From Candidatus Aenigmatarchaeota archaeon (GTDB lineage Archaea; Aenigmatarchaeota; Aenigmatarchaeia; JACPZZ01), in the NCBI GenBank assembly GCA_043801595.1, contig JAZDLW010000021.1, positions 12,616 to 76,615 of the forward strand: DNA of 64,000 bases, given 5' to 3'. Numbering within the stretch: position 1 is the stretch's first letter; every line of letters starts with the position of its first letter. The translations under genes were made by a program, and so were the position numbers. The notes under the pieces are model-generated. The model saw only the letters and a program-made list of their open reading frames with translations. It had not been told where the DNA came from and searched no databases. Below, in pieces: positions 1 to 9,118 of this stretch.

Positions 1-426
1 GATGCTGAGAAAACGCTGCAGAAAAACAAGGATGCCTATGCGGAACTTGTCAAGTTCAGGATAGCGACAATGGACGAGATAGCGAACAGGACAAAAGAGA
101 TCAAGGAGTCAATGATGTCCCAAGTTCCGGCGGAAATCCACGCAATGCGCGTTGACATTGACAATAAAATAAACCAGTTCCAGCAGCAGGTGTCTGAAAT
201 AAAACTCCTTAAGACCGATGTCGAAGATTTCAGGAAGACGCTGGAACGCTCCAAAGTTGGAGAGTTGGACAGGCTATCCGGTGAAGTTGAACGCGTAAAG
301 GCGCGCGGCGAATGGCTTGAAGATGAACTCCTTAAAAAGGACATGACGTCGCTGATCGAGCGCACAAACGACCTGGAAATGGAAATAGACAAAGTCAAGG
401 CTTTAATGCCGGTTGTCCTGGAGTAA
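1..426 (+). CDS. Coiled-coil protein, C-terminal part (5' end lies outside the window)
   Basis: Frame 1 is open from base 1 to the stop at 424-426. The sequence is charged and heptad-like (EIKLLKTDVEDFRKTLERSKVGELDRLSGEVERVKARGEWLEDELLKKD). No catalytic motif seen. Confidence 0.5.
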   Translation, partial: DAEKTLQKNKDAYAELVKFRIATMDEIANRTKEIKESMMSQVPAEIHAMRVDIDNKINQFQQQVSEIKLLKTDVEDFRKTLERSKVGELDRLSGEVERVKARGEWLEDELLKKDMTSLIERTNDLEMEIDKVKALMPVVLE

Positions 427-440
427 ACGCTTTTTTGCTA

Positions 441-1307
441 TCATGCTAACGAGATTAAAATAAGGTATAGCGCGTCTCCGTAGAACAGTGTGAACAGGAA
501 TGCCAGCAAAAACACTGGCGTGAAGCGCACGCCTTCTTTGATCTTCACGTAACCGCCCTTTGCGCGAAGGCTTCTTATCAATTTCGGATCAGGGACGCGC
601 AGCAGTTTTGCGGAAATGGGTATGTCGCCGTACTTAAGATCCGACGCGCGTATGCGCCGCACAAAGATTTTCTCGTCAATGATCTTTACGTAGCGCCACA
701 ACAAAATCAATAAAATAAAATAGACGACAAAGCCTGTTGGCAGTGACAATGATCCGGCAAAAGCGTTTATGCCAATGTTTTTAAGCATCAAATAAAACGA
801 GCTGAATGCGAACAATGCGATCAAGAATACCGCCGATAAAAGTTTTTTCGAATTACGCCTCAAGTCGCTGCGGAGATAAACGAAAACGCGCAAATTCCTT
901 GCGCCCAGCACAAAGGAATACGCTATCATGTAAAAACCGCCTATGGCAAAAACGTTTGATATCAGCATCAGCGGCAGCGGAAGAAAATATGACGGTTTCA
1001 GGAAATCGACGCTTAACGGAAATAAAAAACCGAGCGCCCCAAGCACGTACGCGTCTCCGTCCGCCCAGCTGCCGGCAAAATAAAGTATGTAACCGATTCC
1101 CAGAAGAAGGATACCGGTTAACAAAGAGTCTGTGAATGCTGAATAGCTACCAGATAAGAACGACGATGCGAACTTGATCGCAAGCGTGCCGGCGATCATT
1201 GCGTAAGGCACCCAATCCGGAAACTCGGTCGTTTTCAGGTCCTTGTATCCGACGTAACCGAAGCCTATAATACCGATCAGGACCAGCAAAAGCTCGAACA
1301 TTGCCAC
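441..1307 (-). CDS. Type IV prepilin/preflagellin peptidase (A24 aspartyl protease, PibD/FlaK-like)
   Basis: Polytopic membrane protein with two Asp motifs in A24 context (YKDLKTTEFPDW and SWADGDAYVLGALG). It lies divergent to a pilin-like operon. The track start is GTG; an ATG follows at 1301. Confidence 0.75.
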   Translation of the reverse strand: MAMFELLLVLIGIIGFGYVGYKDLKTTEFPDWVPYAMIAGTLAIKFASSFLSGSYSAFTDSLLTGILLLGIGYILYFAGSWADGDAYVLGALGFLFPLSVDFLKPSYFLPLPLMLISNVFAIGGFYMIAYSFVLGARNLRVFVYLRSDLRRNSKKLLSAVFLIALFAFSSFYLMLKNIGINAFAGSLSLPTGFVVYFILLILLWRYVKIIDEKIFVRRIRASDLKYGDIPISAKLLRVPDPKLIRSLRAKGGYVKIKEGVRFTPVFLLAFLFTLFYGDALYLILISLA

Positions 1308-1441
1308 AGCTCCATTATCTTGAGTGAATTCTGATTATTAAATAACCGGACTGTATGCACTGTTTCTTGCGTTCTGACCGCCAAACGGACAACGTGTTTA
1401 TTTCTTATATGAAATGGAAATTAATTCATCGGGATCTCTAA

Positions 1442-2725
1442 ATGGTAAACATTGACGACATGATAAGCTTGGTAATATTCCTGACTTTTTTCATAATGTC
1501 AATAGCCTATTTCTCGACTTTACAGAATCCCACCCGGATAGAGTTAGAGTCACTGGCACACGACATAGCCGGAAAGATCCTTACGCCAAAGTACCTGACC
1601 TGGAACGTGACGAAGACGGCGATATTCGTCAATGCCAGCTCAGCCCAAAATTTGTATCCGATTGACATGCGAATCGCATTCCCGGCGCAGACGAAATCAA
1701 GCTCGATAAAGGTGCGATACCACGCAAACGGCAAAGACGTGGGTTTTGTGTACGCAAACGCAACTACGCACGAATTGACAATGCTCGCAAACCTTAGCGC
1801 GGGCAAAAACATGTTTGACGTGTTTTACAGCTATACCGACTCCTCGCAAACTATAACAACGTCGGACCTTGTCGCCAACGGGCTGCTTTTTTCAAACAGC
1901 GTAATAAACGGCGAATTTTCACAGGGCGGCGACATAGTCTCGGTCAGCTACAGGAACGGCGACAACCCGTGGGTTTCCGACGGACTTATGGCAGGCTCTG
2001 CGACATACCAGGCAACCTCTCACACCACGAACCTCAACCCTGTAATGATGCAATACGACTTTACAAACGGGTCAACTACAAAAACATTCAGGATATACGC
2101 ATTCAACCCGATAATACGCGTGAACATTTCAACCGGAAATTACACATGGACTCAGAGATTTTCAACGAATATCAACAGGACGTTCGCGGATGCCGATCAC
2201 GCGCTAAACGGCAGCGGAGCCGTTGTTTTTTCCGGTTCGACAAACTTCTTGGACGCATACACTTCGCCTGGGATAACAACGACCGGAATAACATTTTCCG
2301 ATGCGAATATGAATGCGACAATATTAGACGGTGCGTCTTACAGGGAGATCAAGATATCGAATTACACGGGCAGCTCATACGAAATTTATTTTCACAGCGG
2401 CCCGTACACGAGCGGCAAACCCTATAACGATTTGCGAATATCGCTCGGAGCCACGCAACTATTTACGGACGAGGTCACTGGCATAAAGGCGTCGATGATA
2501 ACGTCGTTAAACGCAACCGATTACAACACTTTGAAAAAGAATATCGGAACCCCGAAAGATTTCAGCATACAGATCGAGAACGCATCCGACAACAGCATCT
2601 TGCTTGACTACGGCAAATCACCACCAGGCTCGTCGGATGTCGTCGTGTACAGGAACATTGAAAATCTGCTGACCGCGGATTATGACCTTCAAAGGGTTTT
2701 AGTGAGGGTAAAGACATGGAACTAA
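1442..2725 (+). CDS. Secreted or surface protein with an N-terminal anchor helix, first gene of the pilus-like operon
   Basis: N-terminal hydrophobic helix (MISLVIFLTFFIMSIAYF). More than 10 N-x-S/T sequons and a Thr/Ser/Asn-rich body. Overlaps the next gene by 10 nt. Confidence 0.5.
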   Translation: MVNIDDMISLVIFLTFFIMSIAYFSTLQNPTRIELESLAHDIAGKILTPKYLTWNVTKTAIFVNASSAQNLYPIDMRIAFPAQTKSSSIKVRYHANGKDVGFVYANATTHELTMLANLSAGKNMFDVFYSYTDSSQTITTSDLVANGLLFSNSVINGEFSQGGDIVSVSYRNGDNPWVSDGLMAGSATYQATSHTTNLNPVMMQYDFTNGSTTKTFRIYAFNPIIRVNISTGNYTWTQRFSTNINRTFADADHALNGSGAVVFSGSTNFLDAYTSPGITTTGITFSDANMNATILDGASYREIKISNYTGSSYEIYFHSGPYTSGKPYNDLRISLGATQLFTDEVTGIKASMITSLNATDYNTLKKNIGTPKDFSIQIENASDNSILLDYGKSPPGSSDVVVYRNIENLLTADYDLQRVLVRVKTWN

Positions 2726-3150
2726 ACTTTTTCCGGAAGTCCTATGAACAACGGTTCACTGTTAGAATAGCTAAAGGGCAGATGCACATGATCGAGGCTA
2801 TCATTGCCGTATCGATGATACTCACGTTTTTGATACTTCTTCGTGCGAAATTAACCCCGGTCGAGGATACGGGAATCGAACAAGCGCTTGCATTTCAGGC
2901 ATTGAACTCTCTTGACAAGGGGGGGTTATTGCGAAGCTATGCTATCAATGAAAATTATACAGGGCTCGATGCCGAGGTTAACGCGGTAATACCATCCGAA
3001 TTCAGCCATGCAATACGATTTTGCTATCTGGGCGAAAGATGCATAGGCGGTGCGCTGCCGGACAAGAACATTTACACAGCGGCGTACGTGATCGCAGGAA
3101 ACGAAACGAACTTCAAGCCGGTACAAGTGTTGCTGCACATGTGGAGATGA
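2716..3150 (+). CDS. Pilin-like protein with class III (type IV pilin) signal peptide
   Basis: AKGQ|MHMIEAIIAVSMILTFLILL, a basic residue-Gly-Gln followed by a hydrophobic helix, as expected for a PibD-type cleavage site. Confidence 0.6.
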   Translation: MELNFFRKSYEQRFTVRIAKGQMHMIEAIIAVSMILTFLILLRAKLTPVEDTGIEQALAFQALNSLDKGGLLRSYAINENYTGLDAEVNAVIPSEFSHAIRFCYLGERCIGGALPDKNIYTAAYVIAGNETNFKPVQVLLHMWR

Positions 3151-3725
3151 ATGGTGTGAAAGGACAATTTTTCATCATAGGCGCATTGGCGCTGATACTC
3201 TTCATGTTCTACGCGCACTACAATGCGAGATTCGACCTGCCTAAGACCGCGGATTATTCGCAGAACCTGTTCTCAAACATGAAAACAGAGATCCTGCGGT
3301 CTGCGTCATACGCCTATTACCAGGGCGCGTACTCCCACTCCGTAGAGTCGAACGTATCGTCGTTTGTGGATTTTCTGAGGAACGTGTCAACTTCGCATGG
3401 GCAGCGGCTTGAAACGCTGGTGATTGTCATGATTCCGCTTTCTTCGAGTTATAACGTGAGCGCGATAAACTTCCTTTCCCAGACAATAGACCTCAACATA
3501 ACAATTTCCGGGGTTGAGAAGAACACGACCGGCCTTGTTGACAAAGGCGTTGCCAAATTTGTTTTTAGCGGCGTTGACGAAAATGCGACCGTGAGCGTCA
3601 CGTACATGCGCGCGGGCGCCAAACTCTCCGATGCGTTCAATATAACCGCGAGAAAGTTAAACACGTACGCTGAAATCAGGCTTTTATCCTCGCTATCAAC
3701 GTGGTCGGACAGAGTTACCGGATAA
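3147..3725 (+). CDS. Pilin-like protein with class III signal peptide
   Basis: MNGVKGQ|FFIIGALALILFMF. The ATG at 3147 overlaps the upstream stop (ATGA). The track ORF 3021..3725 has an implausible N-terminal extension that overlaps the previous gene. Confidence 0.6.
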   Translation: MNGVKGQFFIIGALALILFMFYAHYNARFDLPKTADYSQNLFSNMKTEILRSASYAYYQGAYSHSVESNVSSFVDFLRNVSTSHGQRLETLVIVMIPLSSSYNVSAINFLSQTIDLNITISGVEKNTTGLVDKGVAKFVFSGVDENATVSVTYMRAGAKLSDAFNITARKLNTYAEIRLLSSLSTWSDRVTG

Positions 3726-3773
3726 CGATTAAAGGTAATTAATGGGAAAAAATAAAGTATTATCTGACCTTAC

Positions 3774-4490
3774 ATGAGAAAGGGGATAAGTCCGCTTATA
3801 GCGGGTGTCATTTATACGGCCCTTGTGGTGACAACAGTAACACTCGTTATCACGCTCGGTTTGCCGCAGCTTGACCGGGTTACGGAATCGACGCTTTACC
3901 TCAATGTCAGGGAGGGGATGACAAACCTTGACAAGGCTATACAAACCGTTGCGTCAGAAGGACGCGGTTCTGTCCGAATCATTCCTTTGGAAATACGGAA
4001 CGGCGCATTGGCAATAGACCAAATAAATGACATGGTCAGATACGAGATGGAAACAACATCGGAGATAGTTTCGCCGAAAACGGCGGTAAAGTTTGGCAAC
4101 CTTGTTATCGGATCGAACGCGGACGTAAACGCCTCGGAGAACGCGACACACTACACGCTAAAAAACTCAAGGCTTCAGGTGACGCTAAGAAAGGTCGGTT
4201 CGCTGACAGCTGCGACATCGATAAACACAACCGAGATCGTGCAGGAAATAAAGGTCCTGTCAACGAATAAAACGCTGCCGCTCGCCGCGAACGGCACGGT
4301 CATGCAGTTCATAGTCAATAACGACGTTTCATTATCGTCGGGAACGGGCTTCACAACCCTGCAAGAGGCTGGAACAGTGTTATCGCAGGGCAATGTAAGC
4401 GTGTTCGTTAATTCGACATCGGGCGATTACACCCTCGACTTAATACTCGAGTCGGAAGCCGATTACCTTACGGTTTTGGTAAAGGATTAG
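3774..4490 (+). CDS. Archaeal type IV pilin N-terminal domain protein
   Basis: MRKGISPLIAGVIYTALVVTTVTLVI, the canonical archaeal pilin N-terminus (K-G-I/V-S-P-hydrophobic-I-A plus helix). Several N-glycosylation sequons. Confidence 0.7.
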   Translation: MRKGISPLIAGVIYTALVVTTVTLVITLGLPQLDRVTESTLYLNVREGMTNLDKAIQTVASEGRGSVRIIPLEIRNGALAIDQINDMVRYEMETTSEIVSPKTAVKFGNLVIGSNADVNASENATHYTLKNSRLQVTLRKVGSLTAATSINTTEIVQEIKVLSTNKTLPLAANGTVMQFIVNNDVSLSSGTGFTTLQEAGTVLSQGNVSVFVNSTSGDYTLDLILESEADYLTVLVKD

Positions 4491-4538
4491 AACCATTGGA
4501 TTTTATACGGACAAAATGAATAATTATTAGGTTGGAAA

Positions 4539-5015
4539 ATGAAGCCGATGCATCGCAAAGAAGTGAAAGGCGTGTCGCCTATGATAGCGACAGTATTGCT
4601 CGTAGCGATGACTGTGACACTTGCCGCTGTAATAGTTCCTTGGGCGATAAATTTTGCGCAAACCCAGATGACCACTGTCAACACGCAAGGCGAGGAAAAA
4701 GTCAACTGCATTGAAGCGGGATTGAATTTCCAGTCAAGCGACGTAGGTTACGACAGCCTGGCAAATCCAGCGCGAATAAACGTCACTATAACAAACACTG
4801 GCCTTGTCGGATTGTACGATTTCCGCCTACAGTTCAAACTTGGCGACAGTTATTCAGCTCTTTACTCGCCGACAACGCAGTATAACGTGTCTGGAAAGGT
4901 AAGCCCGCAGCAAAAAGTTACGCTGAACGCGAGCATACCCCAATTGACGGGAACTTTAAAATCCGTGCGCGTAATATCCAACTATTGCAAACTCGCCGCA
5001 GAAACGACACTATAG
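4539..5015 (+). CDS. Archaeal type IV pilin N-terminal domain protein
   Basis: EVKGVSPMIATVLLVAMTVTLAAVIV, the same pilin N-terminal signature, on a small 158-aa protein. Confidence 0.7.
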   Translation: MKPMHRKEVKGVSPMIATVLLVAMTVTLAAVIVPWAINFAQTQMTTVNTQGEEKVNCIEAGLNFQSSDVGYDSLANPARINVTITNTGLVGLYDFRLQFKLGDSYSALYSPTTQYNVSGKVSPQQKVTLNASIPQLTGTLKSVRVISNYCKLAAETTL

Positions 5016-5300
5016 AAGCAGGCCGGATACCGTAAATATCACCATCAGCATTATCACTATGAAAAGGAAGCCGAATGTGACATTTTTGTAAAAATCGAAT
5101 CTTATCCTCTCCCTCTGATTAATGTCAAGTTCCAGTTTTCCCTGCTTCTCGTTGGAAAGGTTGTCGACCATCTTTTGAAGGTCTTCCATACCCAATTTCG
5201 ACAAATATTCCATGTCATAGGGCTGCTGTCCCAGATCCTCGCGTATCCCGTTTATGGATTCTATGAGTTCGAGCTTGTTTTTTTCCAACAACAACGCCAT
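5010..5300 (-). CDS. Tail-anchored coiled-coil protein, unknown function
   Basis: C-terminal TM helix (FGFLFIVIMLMVIFTVSGLLL). The track start at 5342 is TTG. ATG at 5300 is preferred because a GTTTAAAAG TATA-like box sits about 25-30 nt upstream. Confidence 0.45.
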   Translation of the reverse strand: MALLLEKNKLELIESINGIREDLGQQPYDMEYLSKLGMEDLQKMVDNLSNEKQGKLELDINQRERIRFDFYKNVTFGFLFIVIMLMVIFTVSGLLL

Positions 5301-5334
5301 AATTAATATTTTGTCCAAGCTTTCTTTTAAACGA

Positions 5335-5403
5335 GCTTTCAACGGAAACCTACGGTTTCAACGAAAACCCTTTGAGTTTCCTATGACAAGCATGGCTAAG
5401 AAA
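5335..5403 (+). repeat. Copy A of the GGAAAsC/GsTTTCC hairpin-repeat family
   Basis: gctttcaacggaaacc-tac-ggtttcaacgaaaacc, then ctttgagtttcctatg, then gcatgg. It shares these modules with 25624-25697. Confidence 0.6.
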
Positions 5404-5468
5404 TTCCAGCATAATCACGGTTTTTTATATCTGGACTCTCTAATTTTGTTGAAACCGGCGGTATTGAC

Positions 5469-6146
5469 ATGGGCGTTGATTTCTTGACAGGCGATAAAGT
5501 TTCCATCGAAAACGGACAATGCATAATCAGATTTGCGAGAAAAGCCGTAGAGGAATGGGTGAAAAATAATAAAACGCTGCACGAAACGCCGCCGCAACAA
5601 ATCTTCAACGAAAATCACGGTTTGATGCTTAGCATTCATCACTATCCTTCCCGAAAGCTGCATGGAAGGATTGGTTATCCATACCCGCTGAAAGGCGTTG
5701 CCGAGGTCCTGGTAAGATGCGCAGTATCGGCGTGCCAGGATCCCAGGTCGCCTTCGTTGAAATCAAGCGACCTGAACAATGTGATAATCGAAGTTTCGGT
5801 TTTGTCGCAACCGAGATTGCTGATAAAACCGTACGAAAAAAACTTCAACCCAAACAAAGAAGGGCTGGTCGTTGTAAGGGGCGCGAAACACGCACTGATG
5901 ATGCCGGGCGACATTCCGAAAAGCGGGAAAGACGCAATAACCGAGATAATGAAAAGGGCCGAAATAGAGAATACGGACAATATAACGAAATTTTACAAGT
6001 TTGAGACGCAGACGTTCTTTGAAACCGCGCCTTCGGGCGGGATAATGGAGAAAACAGGCGCAAAACCGGCAAAAAAAGACGCAGGCATTGCTATAGCGAG
6101 CAAGTTGAAGAACAATAAACAATTTAAACATAAGAAAAGGGATTAG
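5469..6146 (+). CDS. AMMECR1 domain protein
   Basis: RFARKAVEEWV..., LHGRIGYPYPLKGVAEVLVRCAVSACQDPRSP and IEVSVLSQP are collinear with archaeal AMMECR1. The usual RGCIG Cys is replaced (HGRIG). Lys-rich tail. Confidence 0.75.
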   Translation: MGVDFLTGDKVSIENGQCIIRFARKAVEEWVKNNKTLHETPPQQIFNENHGLMLSIHHYPSRKLHGRIGYPYPLKGVAEVLVRCAVSACQDPRSPSLKSSDLNNVIIEVSVLSQPRLLIKPYEKNFNPNKEGLVVVRGAKHALMMPGDIPKSGKDAITEIMKRAEIENTDNITKFYKFETQTFFETAPSGGIMEKTGAKPAKKDAGIAIASKLKNNKQFKHKKRD

Positions 6147-6171
6147 GTATGAGAAACGGAGAAACATCTGC

Positions 6172-6591
6172 ATGACAAAAAGACCAAAGACCGAAAAACC
6201 TTCATGGGTTACGCACACGGAAGACGAGGTTGTGCAATTAATTGAAAAACTCGCGAAAGAAGGAAAAGATTCGGCGCAAATAGGGATCGTACTGCGCGAC
6301 CAATACGGCATACCTTCCGCAAGAACTGTTGCGGGAAAAAGGATAGCCGCGATAATGCGCGAAAAGAAACTCTATCCGAAAATACCTGAAGATCTTTTCA
6401 GCCTGTTAAAACATGCTGTGCGCCTGCGCGGACACTTGGACAAAAACAAGAGAGACGCGCATTCGAAACGCGGGCTTGAGAAAGCCGAATCGCGGGTAAG
6501 AGACTTGATAAAATACTACATAAAAACAGGGTCTCTTCCCGAAGACTGGAAATACGATCCTGAACGCGCAAAGCTTCTGGTGCAGGAATAA
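6172..6591 (+). CDS. rps15: 30S ribosomal protein S15 (uS15)
   Basis: PSWV..., VVQLIEKLAKEGKDSAQIGIVLRDQYGIP, HLDKNKRDAHSKRGL and SRVRDLIKYY give an archaeal S15/S13e pattern. Confidence 0.9.
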   Translation: MTKRPKTEKPSWVTHTEDEVVQLIEKLAKEGKDSAQIGIVLRDQYGIPSARTVAGKRIAAIMREKKLYPKIPEDLFSLLKHAVRLRGHLDKNKRDAHSKRGLEKAESRVRDLIKYYIKTGSLPEDWKYDPERAKLLVQE

Positions 6592-6643
6592 CCGGTTTTT
6601 CACCGTTTAATAATCATTTCATACTGCTACTTGGGAAAATTCG

Positions 6644-8113
6644 ATGTTGGAAAAATTGGAATCGCTTGTACAGGAAGCGCACAAAGCTGCTGACATAATC
6701 CGCAACCATAAGGGAGCGGTACGCGTAATTTCACACATTGACTGCGACGGCGTTTGCAGCGCTGCCATAATGATACGGGCGCTTGCAAACAAGCAAAAAG
6801 TTTTCAGGTTCAGTTTTGCAAAATACCTTAACGATGCGAAGATCAACGAACTGGCAGAGGAAGCGAAACAGGGATTCTGGAATTTACTTATTTTCACAGA
6901 TCTCGGGTCAGGCGCAGCAGCGAGCCTCGGGCCGATACTCGAGCACGCAAAGGTGATTGTGGCAGACCATCATATGTTGTCCCAGAACGAGAAATCGGAG
7001 TATTATAATCATCCCAACCTTACCCACCTTAATCCGATCCTGTTTGGGCTAAAAGAGGATATTTCAGGTTCTGGTATGACGTATATCCTAGCCAGGGCTC
7101 TGGATCCGGAAAACGTGATCTCAGGCGATCTGGCTATCATCGGTGCTATAGGCGATGCACAAACAGGAAGCATAGGCGACAAATGGCAAGTTCTGGGTTT
7201 AAATCAGGAGATTTTGAAGGACGCGGAGCGGATTGGGTCGTTAAAGATATTAAAAGGTATAAGACTGTGGGGACGCTTCTCCAGGCCTATACACAAGGCA
7301 TTGGAGCTGTCAATTGATCCGTACATACCAGGTATATCCGGAAACGAGTCTGCTGCTGTCCAGTTCCTGACAGAACTGAAAATACCGATCAAAATCAACG
7401 GCGGCTGGCGTTCGTTATCCGATCTGACAACCGAGGAACAACAACGCCTTGTCAGTGCTATTATAATAGAGCGACTTAGGCATAATGATCCCAATCCTAC
7501 GCAGATATTCGGCGATGTATACGAATTACCGCATCAGGTCGGCGAGTTCCGCGACGCACAGGAGTTCGCAACAATTGCGAACGCATGCGGCAAATCCCTG
7601 CAGGGCTATCTTGCGATCGGCGCATGCCTTGGCGATGTTGACAAGATCGAACGCGTACGCGAAACTGTCACAAGTTACAAAAAACGAATAGGAACGCTGG
7701 TAAACTGGGTTTTCAAGAACAAGGACAATTCCGAAATAGTGCGGATAACTGATAATGCCGCGTTCATTTTCGGCGGAGAAAAAATCAACGAAGACCTTAT
7801 TTCCACGGTAACATCGATAGCCCACCGCTCGGGGTTCATAGCGAGAAAAATAATCATAGGATTCGGCATAGCCGACAACAATGAGATCAAAATATCGGCG
7901 CGCGCGGACGACAAAATGAAAATCGATCTCAACGAACTTATGCGCGAGTCATTGAAGGACTTGAGCGGGAGTGGCGGCGGGCATTTGCTGGCCGCTGGCG
8001 GAACAGTGCCGAAGGATAAATTGGAAAATTTCATTGCAACGATCAGCGAAAACATCGCAAAAAACAACGAAAAAACCGAAATGAATGCCGAAAACAAGGA
8101 AGCGAAAGCTTAA
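6644..8113 (+). CDS. DHH/DHHA1 phosphoesterase, archaeal RecJ/Cdc45-like (GAN-type) nuclease
   Basis: DHH motifs HIDCDGVCS, VIVADHHM and the DHHA1 motif GSGGGHLLAAGG. Confidence 0.8.
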   Translation: MLEKLESLVQEAHKAADIIRNHKGAVRVISHIDCDGVCSAAIMIRALANKQKVFRFSFAKYLNDAKINELAEEAKQGFWNLLIFTDLGSGAAASLGPILEHAKVIVADHHMLSQNEKSEYYNHPNLTHLNPILFGLKEDISGSGMTYILARALDPENVISGDLAIIGAIGDAQTGSIGDKWQVLGLNQEILKDAERIGSLKILKGIRLWGRFSRPIHKALELSIDPYIPGISGNESAAVQFLTELKIPIKINGGWRSLSDLTTEEQQRLVSAIIIERLRHNDPNPTQIFGDVYELPHQVGEFRDAQEFATIANACGKSLQGYLAIGACLGDVDKIERVRETVTSYKKRIGTLVNWVFKNKDNSEIVRITDNAAFIFGGEKINEDLISTVTSIAHRSGFIARKIIIGFGIADNNEIKISARADDKMKIDLNELMRESLKDLSGSGGGHLLAAGGTVPKDKLENFIATISENIAKNNEKTEMNAENKEAKA

Positions 8114-8147
8114 AATACGATCCTGTACTAATAAGGGAAGAGCTTAT

Positions 8148-8786
8148 ATGGCAATAACAGCAGCTGCACAAAAAGTCTGGAAAGGAAAGGAATGGTTCAA
8201 GGTTGTTTCTCCTTCGGAGATAGGCGACTATGTGATCGGCGAGACGCCCACACTGGACTCGGATGCGCTTGTTGGCAAGACAATTGAAGCGAGCCTGATG
8301 GACCTTGGCGGCGATCCCAGCAAATATTTTTACAAACTGAAATTCCGATTGATGTCTGTACAAAACGGCAAGGCAATGACCAGATTTGAGGGATTGTCGT
8401 GCACGCGCGATTATGTCCTGAGAATGAGCCAACGCAGAACAACGCAGGTGCGGATTGTAATAGACATCAAAACAAAAGACGGTTGGAGTATCAGATTGAA
8501 GGGAATAGACGTGATGAACGGCATCGTACAATCCGCGATAAGCAAGGAAGTGCGAAAACAGAACGAGGAAATAATCAGGGCAGCGGCTTCGGAAAGGAAC
8601 ATGTACGAACTTCTCAACGACATATTGTCCGGAACATTGCAATCCACGATAAAGAGTTATTGCAGCAAGACCTATCCTGTGCGCATTTGCGAGATAACCG
8701 CCATAGAAGTGTTTTCCGCCGGCACGATTGAAAACAAACCGGTTAAGGCTGAAGAAAAAATAGAAACTGTTCCGGAAGCACAATAA
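8148..8786 (+). CDS. rps3ae: 30S ribosomal protein S3Ae (eS1)
   Basis: KGKEWFKVVSP, GKTIEASLMDL, FYKLKFRL and TRFEGLSCTRDY. ATG at 8148 is preferred over the track start at 8085. Confidence 0.9.
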   Translation: MAITAAAQKVWKGKEWFKVVSPSEIGDYVIGETPTLDSDALVGKTIEASLMDLGGDPSKYFYKLKFRLMSVQNGKAMTRFEGLSCTRDYVLRMSQRRTTQVRIVIDIKTKDGWSIRLKGIDVMNGIVQSAISKEVRKQNEEIIRAAASERNMYELLNDILSGTLQSTIKSYCSKTYPVRICEITAIEVFSAGTIENKPVKAEEKIETVPEAQ

Positions 8787-8833
8787 ACAATTTTTTTTCC
8801 AATAAATTCCGCCAAGAAATATTTTTCGCAATT

Positions 8834-9073
8834 TTATTCCTTTACCGCTATCGCGACAGATATCCAGAACCAGCCTGTTCCCAAAAATAAAATAAAAGCG
8901 ACGAAAAACGCGGTCATGTATCCCGCATCGCTGACGCCCACGGTCTTGTCAAGGTGCCCCATTATCCACGCGCCGATCATTGCCGAAAGCGCGCCGAGAA
9001 CCCATACGACAACGTGTTTTGCGGATTCCTCTTTGGAACGATGATGGGGCATAATAATTGGTTTGTAATTCAT
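8834..9073 (-). CDS. Small membrane protein, unknown function
   Basis: 79 aa with two predicted TM helices (VVVWVLGALSAMIGAWIMG and MTAFFVAFILFLGTGWFWISVAIAV). Confidence 0.4.
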   Translation of the reverse strand: MNYKPIIMPHHRSKEESAKHVVVWVLGALSAMIGAWIMGHLDKTVGVSDAGYMTAFFVAFILFLGTGWFWISVAIAVKE

Positions 9074-9118
9074 GATTAATAAATCTCGTTTAAGTGCTGC
9101 AACAACTTATCACTAATT

